Source: Dehalococcoidia bacterium (GTDB lineage Bacteria; Chloroflexota; Dehalococcoidia; Plut-88900). From it: a stretch of DNA of 64,000 nucleotides. Below, piece after piece: positions 18,456 through 28,174 of this stretch. Position 1 is the first letter of the stretch, and each line of letters begins with the position of its first letter. Both the position numbers and the translations under genes were made by a program. The stretch covers positions 705,157 through 769,156 of the forward strand of contig OZ240219.1 of NCBI GenBank assembly GCA_965197645.1. The letters are read 5' to 3'. The notes below the pieces were generated by a model. It worked only from the letters and a program-made list of their open reading frames with translations. It was not told the DNA's origin and did no database searches.

Positions 18456-18551
18456 AGAGACGGCATCACCAATGTCTGTACAAGGCCGGGGTGTTAGAAT
18501 GGGCCTCCGGCATAGCGAAGAGACGGGAGACGGCATTTTAGGAGGAGTAAC

Positions 18552-19070
18552 GTGGAAGTCGGCCAGGTATTGAGCAACATGCTCGCACAGAACAGAGAGA
18601 TGATAGGCATGGCGCTGGAGGGCCTCAGCGAGGAGGAGCTGTACAAACAGCCCAACGAGGACTCCAACTCCATCGGATGGCTGGTGTGGCACATCGGAAG
18701 AGCCGAGGACCTCCAGGTTTCCGCCATGGACGGATCACAGGAGATCTGGACCGAGCAGGGAATCAATGCAAAGTTTGGCATTGACGCCGACGTATCGGGC
18801 TTCGGCCACGGCTCAAAGGAGATATCCGCTTTCCGCGCCCCATCCATCGATGACCTGAAGTCCTACTGGCAGGCGGCGGAGGAGAAGGCGAGCGGCTACA
18901 TAGCATCCCTGGGACCCGCCGATATGGACCGGGAGATGCCTGGGATGGGAGATGAGGGCACGACGAACGTGGCCTTCTACGCCAGCCTAGTGGTGAACGA
19001 GGCGTTGGTCCACGGCGGCCAGATAGCCTACCTGCGAGGCATGCTCAAAGGCCTGGGCTGGTACTTCTAG
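18552..19070 (+). CDS. DinB-family protein, tandem paralogue
   Basis: GTG start after AGGAGG. 172 aa and collinear with 17937..18455. Confidence 0.75.
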   Translation: MEVGQVLSNMLAQNREMIGMALEGLSEEELYKQPNEDSNSIGWLVWHIGRAEDLQVSAMDGSQEIWTEQGINAKFGIDADVSGFGHGSKEISAFRAPSIDDLKSYWQAAEEKASGYIASLGPADMDREMPGMGDEGTTNVAFYASLVVNEALVHGGQIAYLRGMLKGLGWYF

Positions 19071-20059
19071 AGCCTCAGCACCGCCGCTCCCTGTACTCGA
19101 CCCTCTTTCATACGCACCAGCGCCTCATTGGCGTCCTCCAGCGGAAAATCTTCGACCTCCGTACGGATGGGGATCTCCTCCGCCAGCCGTAGCATACCCC
19201 TGACGTCCTCGCGGGTGCTGTTGGCCACGCTGCGCAGCGTCTTCTCGTGGTAGAGGTGCCTGCTGTAGTCCAGCTGCGGCACGGGGGTCATGTAGATGCC
19301 CGCCAGGGACACTGTCCCGCCCCTCTCCAGGGCTTCCAGGGCGGCGGGGACGAGCCAACCCGCCGGAGCGAAGATGATGGCGCCGTGCAGCTTCTCCGGC
19401 AACGGATCGGCGGCGCTTCCCGTCCATACGGCCCCAAGCTCTCGAGCTAGCCGCCGGTGCTCCTCAGTGCGGGAGAAGACGTAGACCCGGTAGCCGAGGT
19501 GCACGGCGATCTGGATGACTATGTGGGCCGAGGCGCCAAAGCCGTACAGTCCCAACCGTCCACCCTCCTCGACTTCGGCCAGGTTCAAAGATCGGTAGCC
19601 GATGACCCCGGCGCACAGTAGGGGGGCGGCCTGCAGATCGGGAAGGCCCGCTGGCAGGGGATAGACGGCCTTCTCATCAGCGGCGACGAACTGGGCGTAC
19701 CCGCCATCGATATCGTAGCCGGTGAAGGTCGCCTCGGGGCAGAGGTTCTCTTTCCCTCCGATGCAGAACCGGCAACGACCGCAGGTGGTGTGCAGCCAGG
19801 GTATCCCAACCCTAGTACCGGCCTCGATGGCGCCGGCGCTTCGCTCCACCGTCCCAACTACCTGGTGGCCGGGAATCACCGGCATCCTGTGGGACGGCAG
19901 CTCACCCTCGATGATGTGGAGGTCGGTGTGGCAGACCCCGCAGGCCGTGACCCTGACCAGCGCCTGTTCCGGAGGGACCTGGGGAACGGGCGTTTCGACG
20001 AGTCGGAGCCGTCCTTCTCCCGCCGGGCCCGTCTCCTCCAGCCTCATGGCTCTCATCAC
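19067..20059 (-). CDS. zinc-dependent alcohol dehydrogenase family protein
   Basis: Contains the GVCHTDLH motif, structural-zinc Cys cluster (CGRCRFCIGGKENLC) and GxGxxA Rossmann motif. Confidence 0.85.
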   Translation of the reverse strand: MMRAMRLEETGPAGEGRLRLVETPVPQVPPEQALVRVTACGVCHTDLHIIEGELPSHRMPVIPGHQVVGTVERSAGAIEAGTRVGIPWLHTTCGRCRFCIGGKENLCPEATFTGYDIDGGYAQFVAADEKAVYPLPAGLPDLQAAPLLCAGVIGYRSLNLAEVEEGGRLGLYGFGASAHIVIQIAVHLGYRVYVFSRTEEHRRLARELGAVWTGSAADPLPEKLHGAIIFAPAGWLVPAALEALERGGTVSLAGIYMTPVPQLDYSRHLYHEKTLRSVANSTREDVRGMLRLAEEIPIRTEVEDFPLEDANEALVRMKEGRVQGAAVLRL

Positions 20060-20118
20060 CGGCGAGCTCTCAAAGAGCGCTGTTCAAGGGGGAGCCGGGC
20101 GGGGTTGAGGAGAAAGCG

Positions 20119-20730
20119 CTACTCATATATCTCGATGGCCAGGTCCGAGGGATTGAACCCGTTGCAGGGGTTCAGGTCCTGGGGGCACGCCGAGCCCGCT
20201 ATCAGCAGGTCCTCCAACGCCCTCATGACCACGTAGTCACCGGCCTGGGACGACGGCTCTTTGACCGAAAGGTTGCCCTCCAGGTCGTCAGGCCCGCTGT
20301 TCTGGAAGATGTTGACCACCTCCGGAGTGACCGGCGGGTGAACGCCGAACTCGGCCAGGGCCTCGGTGACGTTCTGCTTGCAGCTCCGATGGTCCTTGAC
20401 CCCGTAGTCCACGAGGTAGCGTACGGGGTCGCAGGGCGCAAACAGCATATCGATGTTGCCGGCCTTGTCCTCTTCCAACATCAGGATGGGCTGTCGCTGG
20501 TTGTTGTAGAGGGGCTTGCCCACCTGGGGCCTCATGTGGTTGATGCTGCTCCGGGTATGTATGCCGGACAAGTATACGGTCGGATCGTTGGGGTCCACGG
20601 CGAAGAAATCGCACACCTGCTTGCCCTGGACGTCGATCACTTTGATCCTCTGGCCCTTCTTCACGTGGACTGCCCGCCCGTGTCTGGCGGGAATGTGGAC
20701 TGTCGTCACCAAACTGCCTAGCGTGACCAT
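20119..20730 (-). CDS. DUF1989 / urea-carboxylase-associated family protein
   Basis: 203 aa. The pattern IPARHGRAV.VKKGQRIKVIDVQGKQVCDF is characteristic of the DUF1989 family as I recall it. Confidence 0.7.
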   Translation of the reverse strand: MVTLGSLVTTVHIPARHGRAVHVKKGQRIKVIDVQGKQVCDFFAVDPNDPTVYLSGIHTRSSINHMRPQVGKPLYNNQRQPILMLEEDKAGNIDMLFAPCDPVRYLVDYGVKDHRSCKQNVTEALAEFGVHPPVTPEVVNIFQNSGPDDLEGNLSVKEPSSQAGDYVVMRALEDLLIAGSACPQDLNPCNGFNPSDLAIEIYE

Positions 20731-20853
20731 ATCTCCCTCCCTTCTATCTCCCTTCGGTATAGCTTACCTAGTATATATCAGTAATCGACGGAGATGATTA
20801 GAAAGCGACGTTACGATAGAATAGCTCCACGCTCTTCACAAAGGAGGTGGGGT

Positions 20854-22278
20854 ATGTCCAACAACGGGGTCGATACCATAGTTCACGGCGGGCAGGTGGT
20901 CACGGCAACGGACAGCTTCGAGGCCGCCATCGCCATCAAGGACGGGAAGATCGCTGCGCTGGCGCCCCCGGAGCTGCTTCCTCCCGCCGAGAGGTACATC
21001 GACGCATCGGGCAAGTACGTGCTGCCCGGCGCCATCGACGCCCACATCCACATCGACTCCAAGAAGTGCGACGACTGGACCACGGGCCCGATCTCCGCCG
21101 CTCACGGGGGCATCACCTCCCTCATCGTGTTCGCCATCTACAACGACCAGGAGGGCGAGACCCTGCCCCAGTCCATCGAGCACACCAGGGAGGAGGCCGA
21201 GGCCAAATCGACACTGGATTTCGCCTTCCACTACATCCTGCACAACCAGCCCTACATCCTGGACGGCATTCCCAGGGCCTTCGAGATGGGGGTCACCTCC
21301 TACAAGATGTTCATGACCTACAAGGCGCGCCAGTACCGGATGTGCTCCGATGATTTCATCTGCCAGGCCATGGAGATCATAAGCAAGCACGGCGGCATCA
21401 CCCAGCTCCACTGCGAAAACGGCGACATCCTGGACTACCTGGAGAACAAGTTCATCAGCGAGGGCCAGGTCCACCCCCGCTACTATCCTCACTCCTGTCC
21501 TCCCTGGGCCGAGGAGGAGGCGATCAATCGCGCGGTCAAGATGGGAGCGATGACCAACTGCCCCACATACGTGGTCCATCTCAGCACCAAGCTGGGGCTG
21601 GAGCGGATCAAGGAGGCGCAGCGGACCGGACAGCCCGTTTGGACCGAGACCTGTCCCCAGTACCTGCTACTCTCCGATGCGGAGATGGAAAGGTGGGGCC
21701 CGCACGCCAAGATAGGCCCTCCCCTCCGCCCGGATGCGGGGCCCGATCGCGAGGCGATGTGGAACGGCATGGAGACGGGGAACGTCTCCATAGTGGCCAG
21801 CGATCACTCGGCAACCCTCAAGGAGGAGAAGGAGATAGGCTGGTCCAACGTGTTCAAGGACCCGGATGGAAAGACCGTGCCATTCGGAAGCGCATCCGTG
21901 GAGACGATGCTGCCGCTGATGTACAGCGAAGGGGTGGTGGAGCGGGGCCTGCCCATCAACTGGATGGCAAGGGTGCTGGCGGAAAACCCGGCCCGCATCT
22001 TCGGGCTTTATCCCAAGAAGGGCACCATACGCGTCGGCTCGGATGCGGACCTGCTGCTGATAGACCCGGACTACGAGACGACGGTGCGTGCATCAGACCT
22101 ACACAGTAACGCCGGCCTGACCATGTACGAGGGCAAGAAGCGCAAGGGAAGACCGTACATGACCCTGCTGAGGGGCGAGGTAGTACTGAACGAGGACAGG
22201 TTGGAGGGGAGTCCCGGCTACGGCCAGTACCTGCCGTCAGGGTCTCCCACGCCACCCTTGGGCGGCCCGCTGAGGTAG
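20854..22278 (+). CDS. dihydropyrimidinase / D-hydantoinase-type cyclic amidohydrolase
   Basis: ATG at 20854 follows AAGGAGGTG. All metal ligands are present: DAHIH, the carbamylated-Lys context SYKMF, HCE, VVHLS and SDHS. Confidence 0.85.
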   Translation: MSNNGVDTIVHGGQVVTATDSFEAAIAIKDGKIAALAPPELLPPAERYIDASGKYVLPGAIDAHIHIDSKKCDDWTTGPISAAHGGITSLIVFAIYNDQEGETLPQSIEHTREEAEAKSTLDFAFHYILHNQPYILDGIPRAFEMGVTSYKMFMTYKARQYRMCSDDFICQAMEIISKHGGITQLHCENGDILDYLENKFISEGQVHPRYYPHSCPPWAEEEAINRAVKMGAMTNCPTYVVHLSTKLGLERIKEAQRTGQPVWTETCPQYLLLSDAEMERWGPHAKIGPPLRPDAGPDREAMWNGMETGNVSIVASDHSATLKEEKEIGWSNVFKDPDGKTVPFGSASVETMLPLMYSEGVVERGLPINWMARVLAENPARIFGLYPKKGTIRVGSDADLLLIDPDYETTVRASDLHSNAGLTMYEGKKRKGRPYMTLLRGEVVLNEDRLEGSPGYGQYLPSGSPTPPLGGPLR

Positions 22279-22321
22279 CCCGGCCCCATCCGTGGATCAG
22301 TAACAGCAAAACGAGTTGCGG

Positions 22322-22885
22322 CTAGGACATTATTTGCTGGAACTGCACCTTGACCGAGTGCAGGCCGTCGAACTGGGGGTACTTGAGGTTGCCGTTGGTG
22401 CGGCCGTACAGGTAGAGGTCCCGGGTGACGGCTACGTCGTTCCGGCAGTAGGAGACCACCCAGTCCTTATCGCCCTGGCGCCAGCGCCGTACCGATTCGA
22501 ACCCGTCGCCGCTCTTGCGTCGGTCCAGGGTGGCCTCAGCTAGATCGTCCAGCTTCAATCTGTGTCCCAGCTGCGTCTCTATTACCTTCAGGATGTCCAG
22601 GGTATGGGCGCCGAGGTGCGATGTGGAGCAGTAGGGGTCGAGGACCCGGTAATCGAACCGCAGGATGTTGAATCCGACGATGGTGGGAAATCCGGCCATG
22701 TACTCGACCAGCTCCGGCACCTGGTCATCGAACCAGTCTTTGTAGCCGTCGGTCTCGGCCCAGGTGCAGGCCACGGCTAGGCCGAACCCCTCGATGTTGC
22801 TCCAGCCGCCGTCTACTTCGCTGGAAAGCCGCTGCGTCTCCAGGTCCATGACGACGCAGGAGGGAAACATAGACTCGGTTGTCAT
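22322..22885 (-). CDS. RNase H-fold DEDDy-type 3'-5' exonuclease-like protein
   Basis: Contains VMDLET (Exo I), GFNILRFD (Exo II) and YCRNDV (Exo III, Y-x3-D). The start is set at MTTESMF. Confidence 0.65.
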   Translation of the reverse strand: MTTESMFPSCVVMDLETQRLSSEVDGGWSNIEGFGLAVACTWAETDGYKDWFDDQVPELVEYMAGFPTIVGFNILRFDYRVLDPYCSTSHLGAHTLDILKVIETQLGHRLKLDDLAEATLDRRKSGDGFESVRRWRQGDKDWVVSYCRNDVAVTRDLYLYGRTNGNLKYPQFDGLHSVKVQFQQIMS

Positions 22886-23029
22886 ACCTTGGCTCCCGAT
22901 CGGTATCAAGTGTAGGGCCGTATTATGGACGTATCTTTCCTCATTGGTAAATGGCCGCCGGAACCGGGTTAGCGATAGTTTGCTTCCCTGGGTTAACTTT
23001 CTTCGTTCTTGAGCGAAGTGCAAAATACC

Positions 23030-23326
23030 TTACTGAGGCTGCGCAGTCTCCGAGCTGTATGCCCCAAGAACCGGCGCGCAGCGTTCCTCTGCGTCGCCAT
23101 CTATTGGTTGCCAACGAATGTACGCCTCCTGTATCAGCGTAAGGCACTGTACCAAAGCGGCATTGCCTTCCTGCTTGGCCTTCACTATCTCCTGCTCTAG
23201 AAAATCGACCATGAAGGCTTGGTACACGGGATCGAACACCGATATTGGTTCTGAGGTCGGTGCGGCCTCGGACCCGCAAGCCAGCGCCAATACCAAGACC
23301 ACCGCGGCGGCTGCCAACGTCTTCAT
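23030..23326 (-). CDS. small lipoprotein, hypothetical (98 aa)
   Basis: MKTLAAAAVVLVLALACGSE gives a signal peptide with lipobox. No family recognised. Confidence 0.5.
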   Translation of the reverse strand: MKTLAAAAVVLVLALACGSEAAPTSEPISVFDPVYQAFMVDFLEQEIVKAKQEGNAALVQCLTLIQEAYIRWQPIDGDAEERCAPVLGAYSSETAQPQ

Positions 23327-23594
23327 GTGTACTCCTCGCGGGACTAAGCCTCCTTGGCCTCTACTGATTTGCAACGTCGTCGCGGGGTTACGGGATATTT
23401 TACACTTCGCTCGTTCTTGGCACCCTATCGCCACGCTGATATTCTAGTCATAGAGGAGAACGAGATGTCCGGGGCCTGAGCGCGAAGAGAGCTGAGCCCG
23501 TGGACAGAGCGTCCTCGCTCATCGTTTGGCATCCAAATAGCATAGACGGATACCCCGAGACAAGCACAGCGTCGGTATCGAAAGGAGCGGTGGC

Positions 23595-24869
23595 ATGGTT
23601 GACGTCGCACCTCCCAAACCGGTCGAAGAGGTAGACCCGCTGCAGATGGCATTAGAGCAGTTCGATACCGCTGCCGACCACCTGGACCTGGACGAAGACG
23701 TCCGCGTGATACTAAGGGTCCCCAAGAGGGAGCTGGTGGTCCACTTCCCCGTGAAAATGGACGATGGGTCGGTAAAGATGTTCACCGGATACCGGGTACA
23801 GCACAATCTATTTCGCGGCCCGGCCAAAGGGGGCATCCGGTACCGGCCCGACGTCGATCTGAACGAAGTGAAGGCCCTCGCCATGTGGATGACCTGGAAG
23901 TGCGCCGTGGTGGACCTGCCCTACGGGGGCGCCAAGGGCGGTGTCGCCTGCGATACCAAGCATATGTCGATGAAAGAGCTGGAGGCGATGACCCGCCGCT
24001 ACGCCACCGAGATTTCGGTCCTCATCGGCCCGGAAGAGGATATTCCGGCCCCGGATATGAACACCAACGCCCAGATCATGGCCTGGATCATGGACACCTA
24101 TAGCATGCACAAAGGGTTCTCGGTGCCCGGGGTGGTTACAGGCAAGCCGATCAGCGTCGGCGGGACGCAGGGAAGGGTACAGGCGACGGGCAGGGGTTGC
24201 ATGTACGTGGCGAGGGAGGCGGCCAAGCGACTGAACATGCCCCTGGAAGGCGCCAGGGTGGCCGTCCAGGGATTCGGGAATGTTGGGTCAATAGCGGCGA
24301 AGATGCTGGAGGCGGAGGGTTGCAAAATCATCGCCGTCAGCGACGCCTTCGGCGGCGTCATGAACGAAAACGGTCTAGGGGTGCAGCAGCTGATCGATTT
24401 CAAACAGCAGCACCCCAGTTTCTGGGACTGCCCCGGCTGCGAGCAGATCACGAACCGGGAACTCCTGGAACTGCCCTGTGACATCCTGGTGCTCGCCGCT
24501 ATCCAGGGGCAGGTCACGGAGGTGAATGCCGATCGCATCCGAGCGAAGATGGTAATCGAAGGGGCCAATGGGCCCACCACTCCGGAAGCCGACCGAATCC
24601 TGAACGAGAAGGGAGTGCTGGTGGTGCCCGACATCCTGGCCAATGCCGGCGGTGTTATCGTCTCCTACTTCGAGTGGGTACAGGACCTGCAGTTCTACTT
24701 CTGGGACAGGGAGGAAGTGGTCCGGCGTTTGGAATCGATCATGGTGAGAAGCTTCGATGAGGTGTGGCAGATCGCGCAGGAGCGTAAGCTGAGCATGAGG
24801 ATGGCGGCCTACATGCTGGGAGTGCGTCGGGTAGCCGACGCTCACATCACTCGAGGTGTCTATCCATGA
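23595..24869 (+). CDS. gdhA: Glu/Leu/Phe/Val dehydrogenase (glutamate dehydrogenase)
   Basis: 424 aa. Has the catalytic-Lys motif LPYGGAKGG and the GFGNVG NAD(P) motif. Confidence 0.9.
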   Translation: MVDVAPPKPVEEVDPLQMALEQFDTAADHLDLDEDVRVILRVPKRELVVHFPVKMDDGSVKMFTGYRVQHNLFRGPAKGGIRYRPDVDLNEVKALAMWMTWKCAVVDLPYGGAKGGVACDTKHMSMKELEAMTRRYATEISVLIGPEEDIPAPDMNTNAQIMAWIMDTYSMHKGFSVPGVVTGKPISVGGTQGRVQATGRGCMYVAREAAKRLNMPLEGARVAVQGFGNVGSIAAKMLEAEGCKIIAVSDAFGGVMNENGLGVQQLIDFKQQHPSFWDCPGCEQITNRELLELPCDILVLAAIQGQVTEVNADRIRAKMVIEGANGPTTPEADRILNEKGVLVVPDILANAGGVIVSYFEWVQDLQFYFWDREEVVRRLESIMVRSFDEVWQIAQERKLSMRMAAYMLGVRRVADAHITRGVYP

Positions 24870-24911
24870 GGTCGTGCTGGAGATAGGGGACGGACCGAGG
24901 GTGCAGAGCCC

Positions 24912-25364
24912 CTACTGTCGGTAGGACATGGAGTGGCCAACGAGGGCCACCAACTCCCCATTCTGGTTGACCAGCCTGCTCTCTACAACCACGAAAATCA
25001 TGGTCCCCGAGCGCCCGGTCTTCTTGTAGACGTCCTTGATCTTGGCGGTGCAGGTCAGAACATCGCTGGGGCGTACGGGAAGAATGGGCTCGACGGACTG
25101 GCCGGCGGCGAAGGTGACCCCCTTGATATCGAGGTCGAAGTCCTCGGGCATCTGCCTATCTACCATGGATGCGATCAACGCCGGCGAGGCGATGAGTCCG
25201 CCGTAGGGGCCTTCTGACGCGGCCTGCTCATCCACGAAGTTGGGGTTGGTCTCACCCATCGCCCGAGAGAAGTTCAGCATGAGGCTCTTCGGCACCTGGA
25301 AGGAGCCGCGAGGGTACTCTCTCCCCAGAATCTCCTGGTTGAACTCGAGTGCCGTCTCGCTCAA
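24912..25364 (-). CDS. MaoC-like (hotdog fold) dehydratase
   Basis: 150 aa with hotdog-like pattern. Shows a 4-nt overlap with the upstream oxidoreductase gene. Confidence 0.7.
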   Translation of the reverse strand: MSETALEFNQEILGREYPRGSFQVPKSLMLNFSRAMGETNPNFVDEQAASEGPYGGLIASPALIASMVDRQMPEDFDLDIKGVTFAAGQSVEPILPVRPSDVLTCTAKIKDVYKKTGRSGTMIFVVVESRLVNQNGELVALVGHSMSYRQ

Positions 25365-26710
25365 GACCGGAGCTCAGCCAGCACCCGGTCGGCGCTGTAT
25401 ATGGCAGCGTCCAGCCCGCCGGAAACGGTCCAATCGCCCAGGTAGTGTATGTTGCCGGTGGGCGCCTGCAGGTCTCGGACCAGGTCTATCCTCCCCACGC
25501 GCCAGGGGCTGATGGCGTGGGGCCAGTGCCTAACGTAGCTTTCAACGATGTTGCCCTTTAGCTTGGGGAACAGCTCCACCAGCTCGGCGCCCATCTGCTC
25601 CAGGGCTTCGCCGTCGGACATGGAGGACAGCCTCTTGGAGGCGGCGTCACCCGTGTAGACCCGGATCAGGCCCTGGCCCGTTCTCTCTTTCACCTCCCTG
25701 GGAAAGGTGAAGCTGGGGTTGGTCACCGAGATGAAGGTCTTGCCGACTACGGGCACCCGCCATACGCCCTCGCCCATGAAGCTCTCTGCGGGAACCCCGG
25801 TTAGAAATCCGGCGCTGGTCATTGCGCCCATGTCTATCTGGGACAGGACGTCCTGCTTCCATTCGGGCAACCCTTTGACCATACCGGACACCAGGGGGCC
25901 GGGCACAGCCAGAGCGCAACGTTTGGCTTGCACCGTCTTCGTCTGGCCGGCCAGGTCATAGGTGACGTTCACCAGGCCATCCTTTTCTTCGACCGATTGC
26001 ACGTCCGCGGAGGTCTCAGTCTTGTCCCTGACGTGGTCCCAAAGGGTCTTCGTGAGGGTCCACGTGCCTCCCTCGACGAAGTGCTCGTCGCCGGAGAAGT
26101 GCAGGAAGGTCAACACAGGCTGGAGGGCGGCTACCTGATCGGAGTCTACGGTGTTGGCGCCCCGCGACAGAGTGTCCCACAGCGCTTTGACGTCCGGATG
26201 TGAGGCTCCGATAAAGCGGTCCATCCTGACCGAGTCCAGCTCCCTGGCCTTTGGGTTGTTGGTATCGGGTGGTTCATCACCCATGTGTCCGTACCGGCGC
26301 CTCATGTTGAGGATCTTCCAACCCAGTTTCACTTTCTCTGCCAAGGGTAGGGGCAGCTGCCATAGGAAGCTGGGCTCTGATCCGGCAGCGATGTATTTTC
26401 CCTTCATGATCAGGGGCATCTTGGTCTTGCGAATAAGGGTGAACTTGACACCGAGCTCCCTGGCCAGCCTGGCCGGTGGGCTCTCCTTGCCGATGATCAC
26501 CTGGGCGCCCTGGTTGTAGAAGTACTCGCCCATCTGCTGGGAGATGGTCCGGCCGCCGGCGACGTCCTCTTTCTCCAGCAGCAGGATGTTCTTGTCCTTT
26601 AGCCGGTAGGCCAGTGTGAGACCGGCCAGTCCCGCACCGATTATCACCAGGTCCAACACCTGGGATCCTTCGTCTGTTGATGTGGTCGTAACGTCGCTCG
26701 TCTGAGCCAT
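25361..26710 (-). CDS. FAD-dependent oxidoreductase (amine oxidase / phytoene desaturase superfamily)
   Basis: Has the N-terminal DLVIIGAGLAGLT dinucleotide motif and the C-terminal GDW..GGLDAA flavin motif. The start is set at MAQTSDV (26710). Confidence 0.8.
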   Translation of the reverse strand: MAQTSDVTTTSTDEGSQVLDLVIIGAGLAGLTLAYRLKDKNILLLEKEDVAGGRTISQQMGEYFYNQGAQVIIGKESPPARLARELGVKFTLIRKTKMPLIMKGKYIAAGSEPSFLWQLPLPLAEKVKLGWKILNMRRRYGHMGDEPPDTNNPKARELDSVRMDRFIGASHPDVKALWDTLSRGANTVDSDQVAALQPVLTFLHFSGDEHFVEGGTWTLTKTLWDHVRDKTETSADVQSVEEKDGLVNVTYDLAGQTKTVQAKRCALAVPGPLVSGMVKGLPEWKQDVLSQIDMGAMTSAGFLTGVPAESFMGEGVWRVPVVGKTFISVTNPSFTFPREVKERTGQGLIRVYTGDAASKRLSSMSDGEALEQMGAELVELFPKLKGNIVESYVRHWPHAISPWRVGRIDLVRDLQAPTGNIHYLGDWTVSGGLDAAIYSADRVLAELRS

Positions 26711-26849
26711 GGGTGGGTCCTTCCTCCGCTTGGTCGGTCGATATGCCGAGCGTATCATACACTATGGTACGGCCTTGAAACCCGCGAGATAGCGTCTCCG
26801 CCAATGCTGTTAGGCTGACGGAGCATCGTGTGGGCAAAGTGGCGAACGC

Positions 26850-27300
26850 CCCCTCGCTCGCAACGACGGTAACCGTTAGACTGGGTCCGAACCTCCGTCA
26901 TTGCGAGCACCGACAAAGTCGGGGCGTGGCAATCCAACCCAAGTCTGGCGGTTGACTGGCAGAGGCGTGTACCCCACCCGCTCCAGATTGCTTCGCTCCC
27001 TTCATCCTCCCCCAGACCTACCCCCGCCTCGTTCGCAACGACGGCAACCGTTAGACTGGCTCCGTACCTCCGTCATTGCGAGCACCGACAAAGTCGGGGC
27101 GTGGCAATCCAACCCAAGTCTGGCGGTTGACTGGCAGAGGCGTGTACCCCACCCGCTCCAGATTGCTTCGCTCTATTCATCCTCCCCCAGACCTACCCCC
27201 CCCCGCTCGCAACGACGGCAACCGTTAGACTGGCTCCGTACCTCCGCCATTGCGAGCACCGACGAAGTCGGGGCGTGGCAATCTCAGGTTAGGCTTTCTC
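26850..27300 (-). repeat. family A composite repeat, 3 tandem units (period 175/174 bp)
   Basis: Cores cgtcattgcgagcaccgacaaagtcggggcgtggcaatc lie at 26896, 27071 and 27245. The inter-core sequence is also conserved. Confidence 0.9.
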
Positions 27301-27337
27301 CAAGTGGGCAGGGCTTGGGTTGATGGAAGAGTATCGC

Positions 27338-27808
27338 CTAGACCGAGACGAACTGGGTCTTCACCCACCCCTCATCGAAGGGTGTCCAGAAGAAGGACGT
27401 AAGCTTCAGGTGCTTGAACATCCAGGCGCCGTCGACCCTGACGTAATCTTCATCGTACCTGGCCGATCCCCATACCGCCCTGTTGCCCTCGCCAAAGGTG
27501 CACGCCTGGAACAGGTACCAGGTCCCCTTGGCGGTATCGCCGTCCACATCTATGATCGGGTTCATGACCATGTGAACGGCAAAGGGCATGCCTTCGGGGG
27601 ACCCGAGGAAGAAGGAACGGATCCCTTCCCGGCCGTCGGCTCGGCCCATCATCCCGCCGTCCCAGATGCCGTCTTCCGTGAACAGGCCGGCGATGCCATC
27701 GGCGTCGTAGCTATCGTCGCAAAATCCGCAGTACTGGTGCTTGAGCCGCTTGATCTCCTCCACGTCTTCGAGGGCTTTCAACCGTTTTTCCATCTCCTGC
27801 AGGTCCAT
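27338..27808 (-). CDS. SnoaL-like / NTF2-fold protein
   Basis: 156 aa from MDLQEMEKRLKALEDVEEIKRLKHQYC, an opening typical of the SnoaL_4 family. Confidence 0.65.
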   Translation of the reverse strand: MDLQEMEKRLKALEDVEEIKRLKHQYCGFCDDSYDADGIAGLFTEDGIWDGGMMGRADGREGIRSFFLGSPEGMPFAVHMVMNPIIDVDGDTAKGTWYLFQACTFGEGNRAVWGSARYDEDYVRVDGAWMFKHLKLTSFFWTPFDEGWVKTQFVSV

Positions 27809-27883
27809 TTGCAGCCTCCTTGGGGTGTACGTTATGCCGATGCTATAATTCCTCCACCGCCAAATCAAGGCCAAGGATAGTTT

Positions 27884-28171
27884 ATGGCTCTGAGCAGAGA
27901 AGAGGTCGAGCACATAGCCCAGCTGGCACGGGTTGGGATGACCGAGGAGGACCTGGATGCCTTCGCCGGACAGCTTTCCCATATCCTAGAGCAGTTCGAG
28001 ATACTGGAAGAGGTGGACACCGATGACGTGCCTCCCTCCTCCCATCCCATCGACATCACCAGCGTCTTCAGGGACGATGAAGTTGCACCCTCCTACCCCA
28101 GGGAGGACGTACTGGCCAACGCACCCAGAGAGGACGACGGGTTCTTCCGGGTGAAATCGGTGCTGGGTTGA
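27884..28171 (+). CDS. gatC: Asp/Glu-tRNA amidotransferase subunit C
   Basis: 95 aa. Contains LSREEVEHIAQLARVGMTEEDL. Lies directly upstream of gatA. Confidence 0.9.
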   Translation: MALSREEVEHIAQLARVGMTEEDLDAFAGQLSHILEQFEILEEVDTDDVPPSSHPIDITSVFRDDEVAPSYPREDVLANAPREDDGFFRVKSVLG

Positions 28172-28174
28172 CCG

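Noticed and set aside
20794-20853. Upstream ATG start for the first hydantoinase
   Set aside because: The ATG at 20854 is preceded by AAGGAGGTG and gives the typical family N-terminus. The 20 extra codons are Arg-rich and lie in the divergent promoter region.
26850-27300. Possible CRISPR arrays (regularly spaced 39-nt cores here and at 62915..63335)
   Set aside because: The sequence between cores is itself conserved between units and between loci, so there are no unique spacers. The period is 148-175 bp and there are no cas genes.
26901-27323. ORFs translated through family A arrays (26901..27323, 62806..63348, 63007..63408, 34624..34902 and others)
   Set aside because: The same DNA occurs in both orientations and in different frames at different loci. 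Stops interrupt most copies. Conservation follows base-pairing rather than codons.
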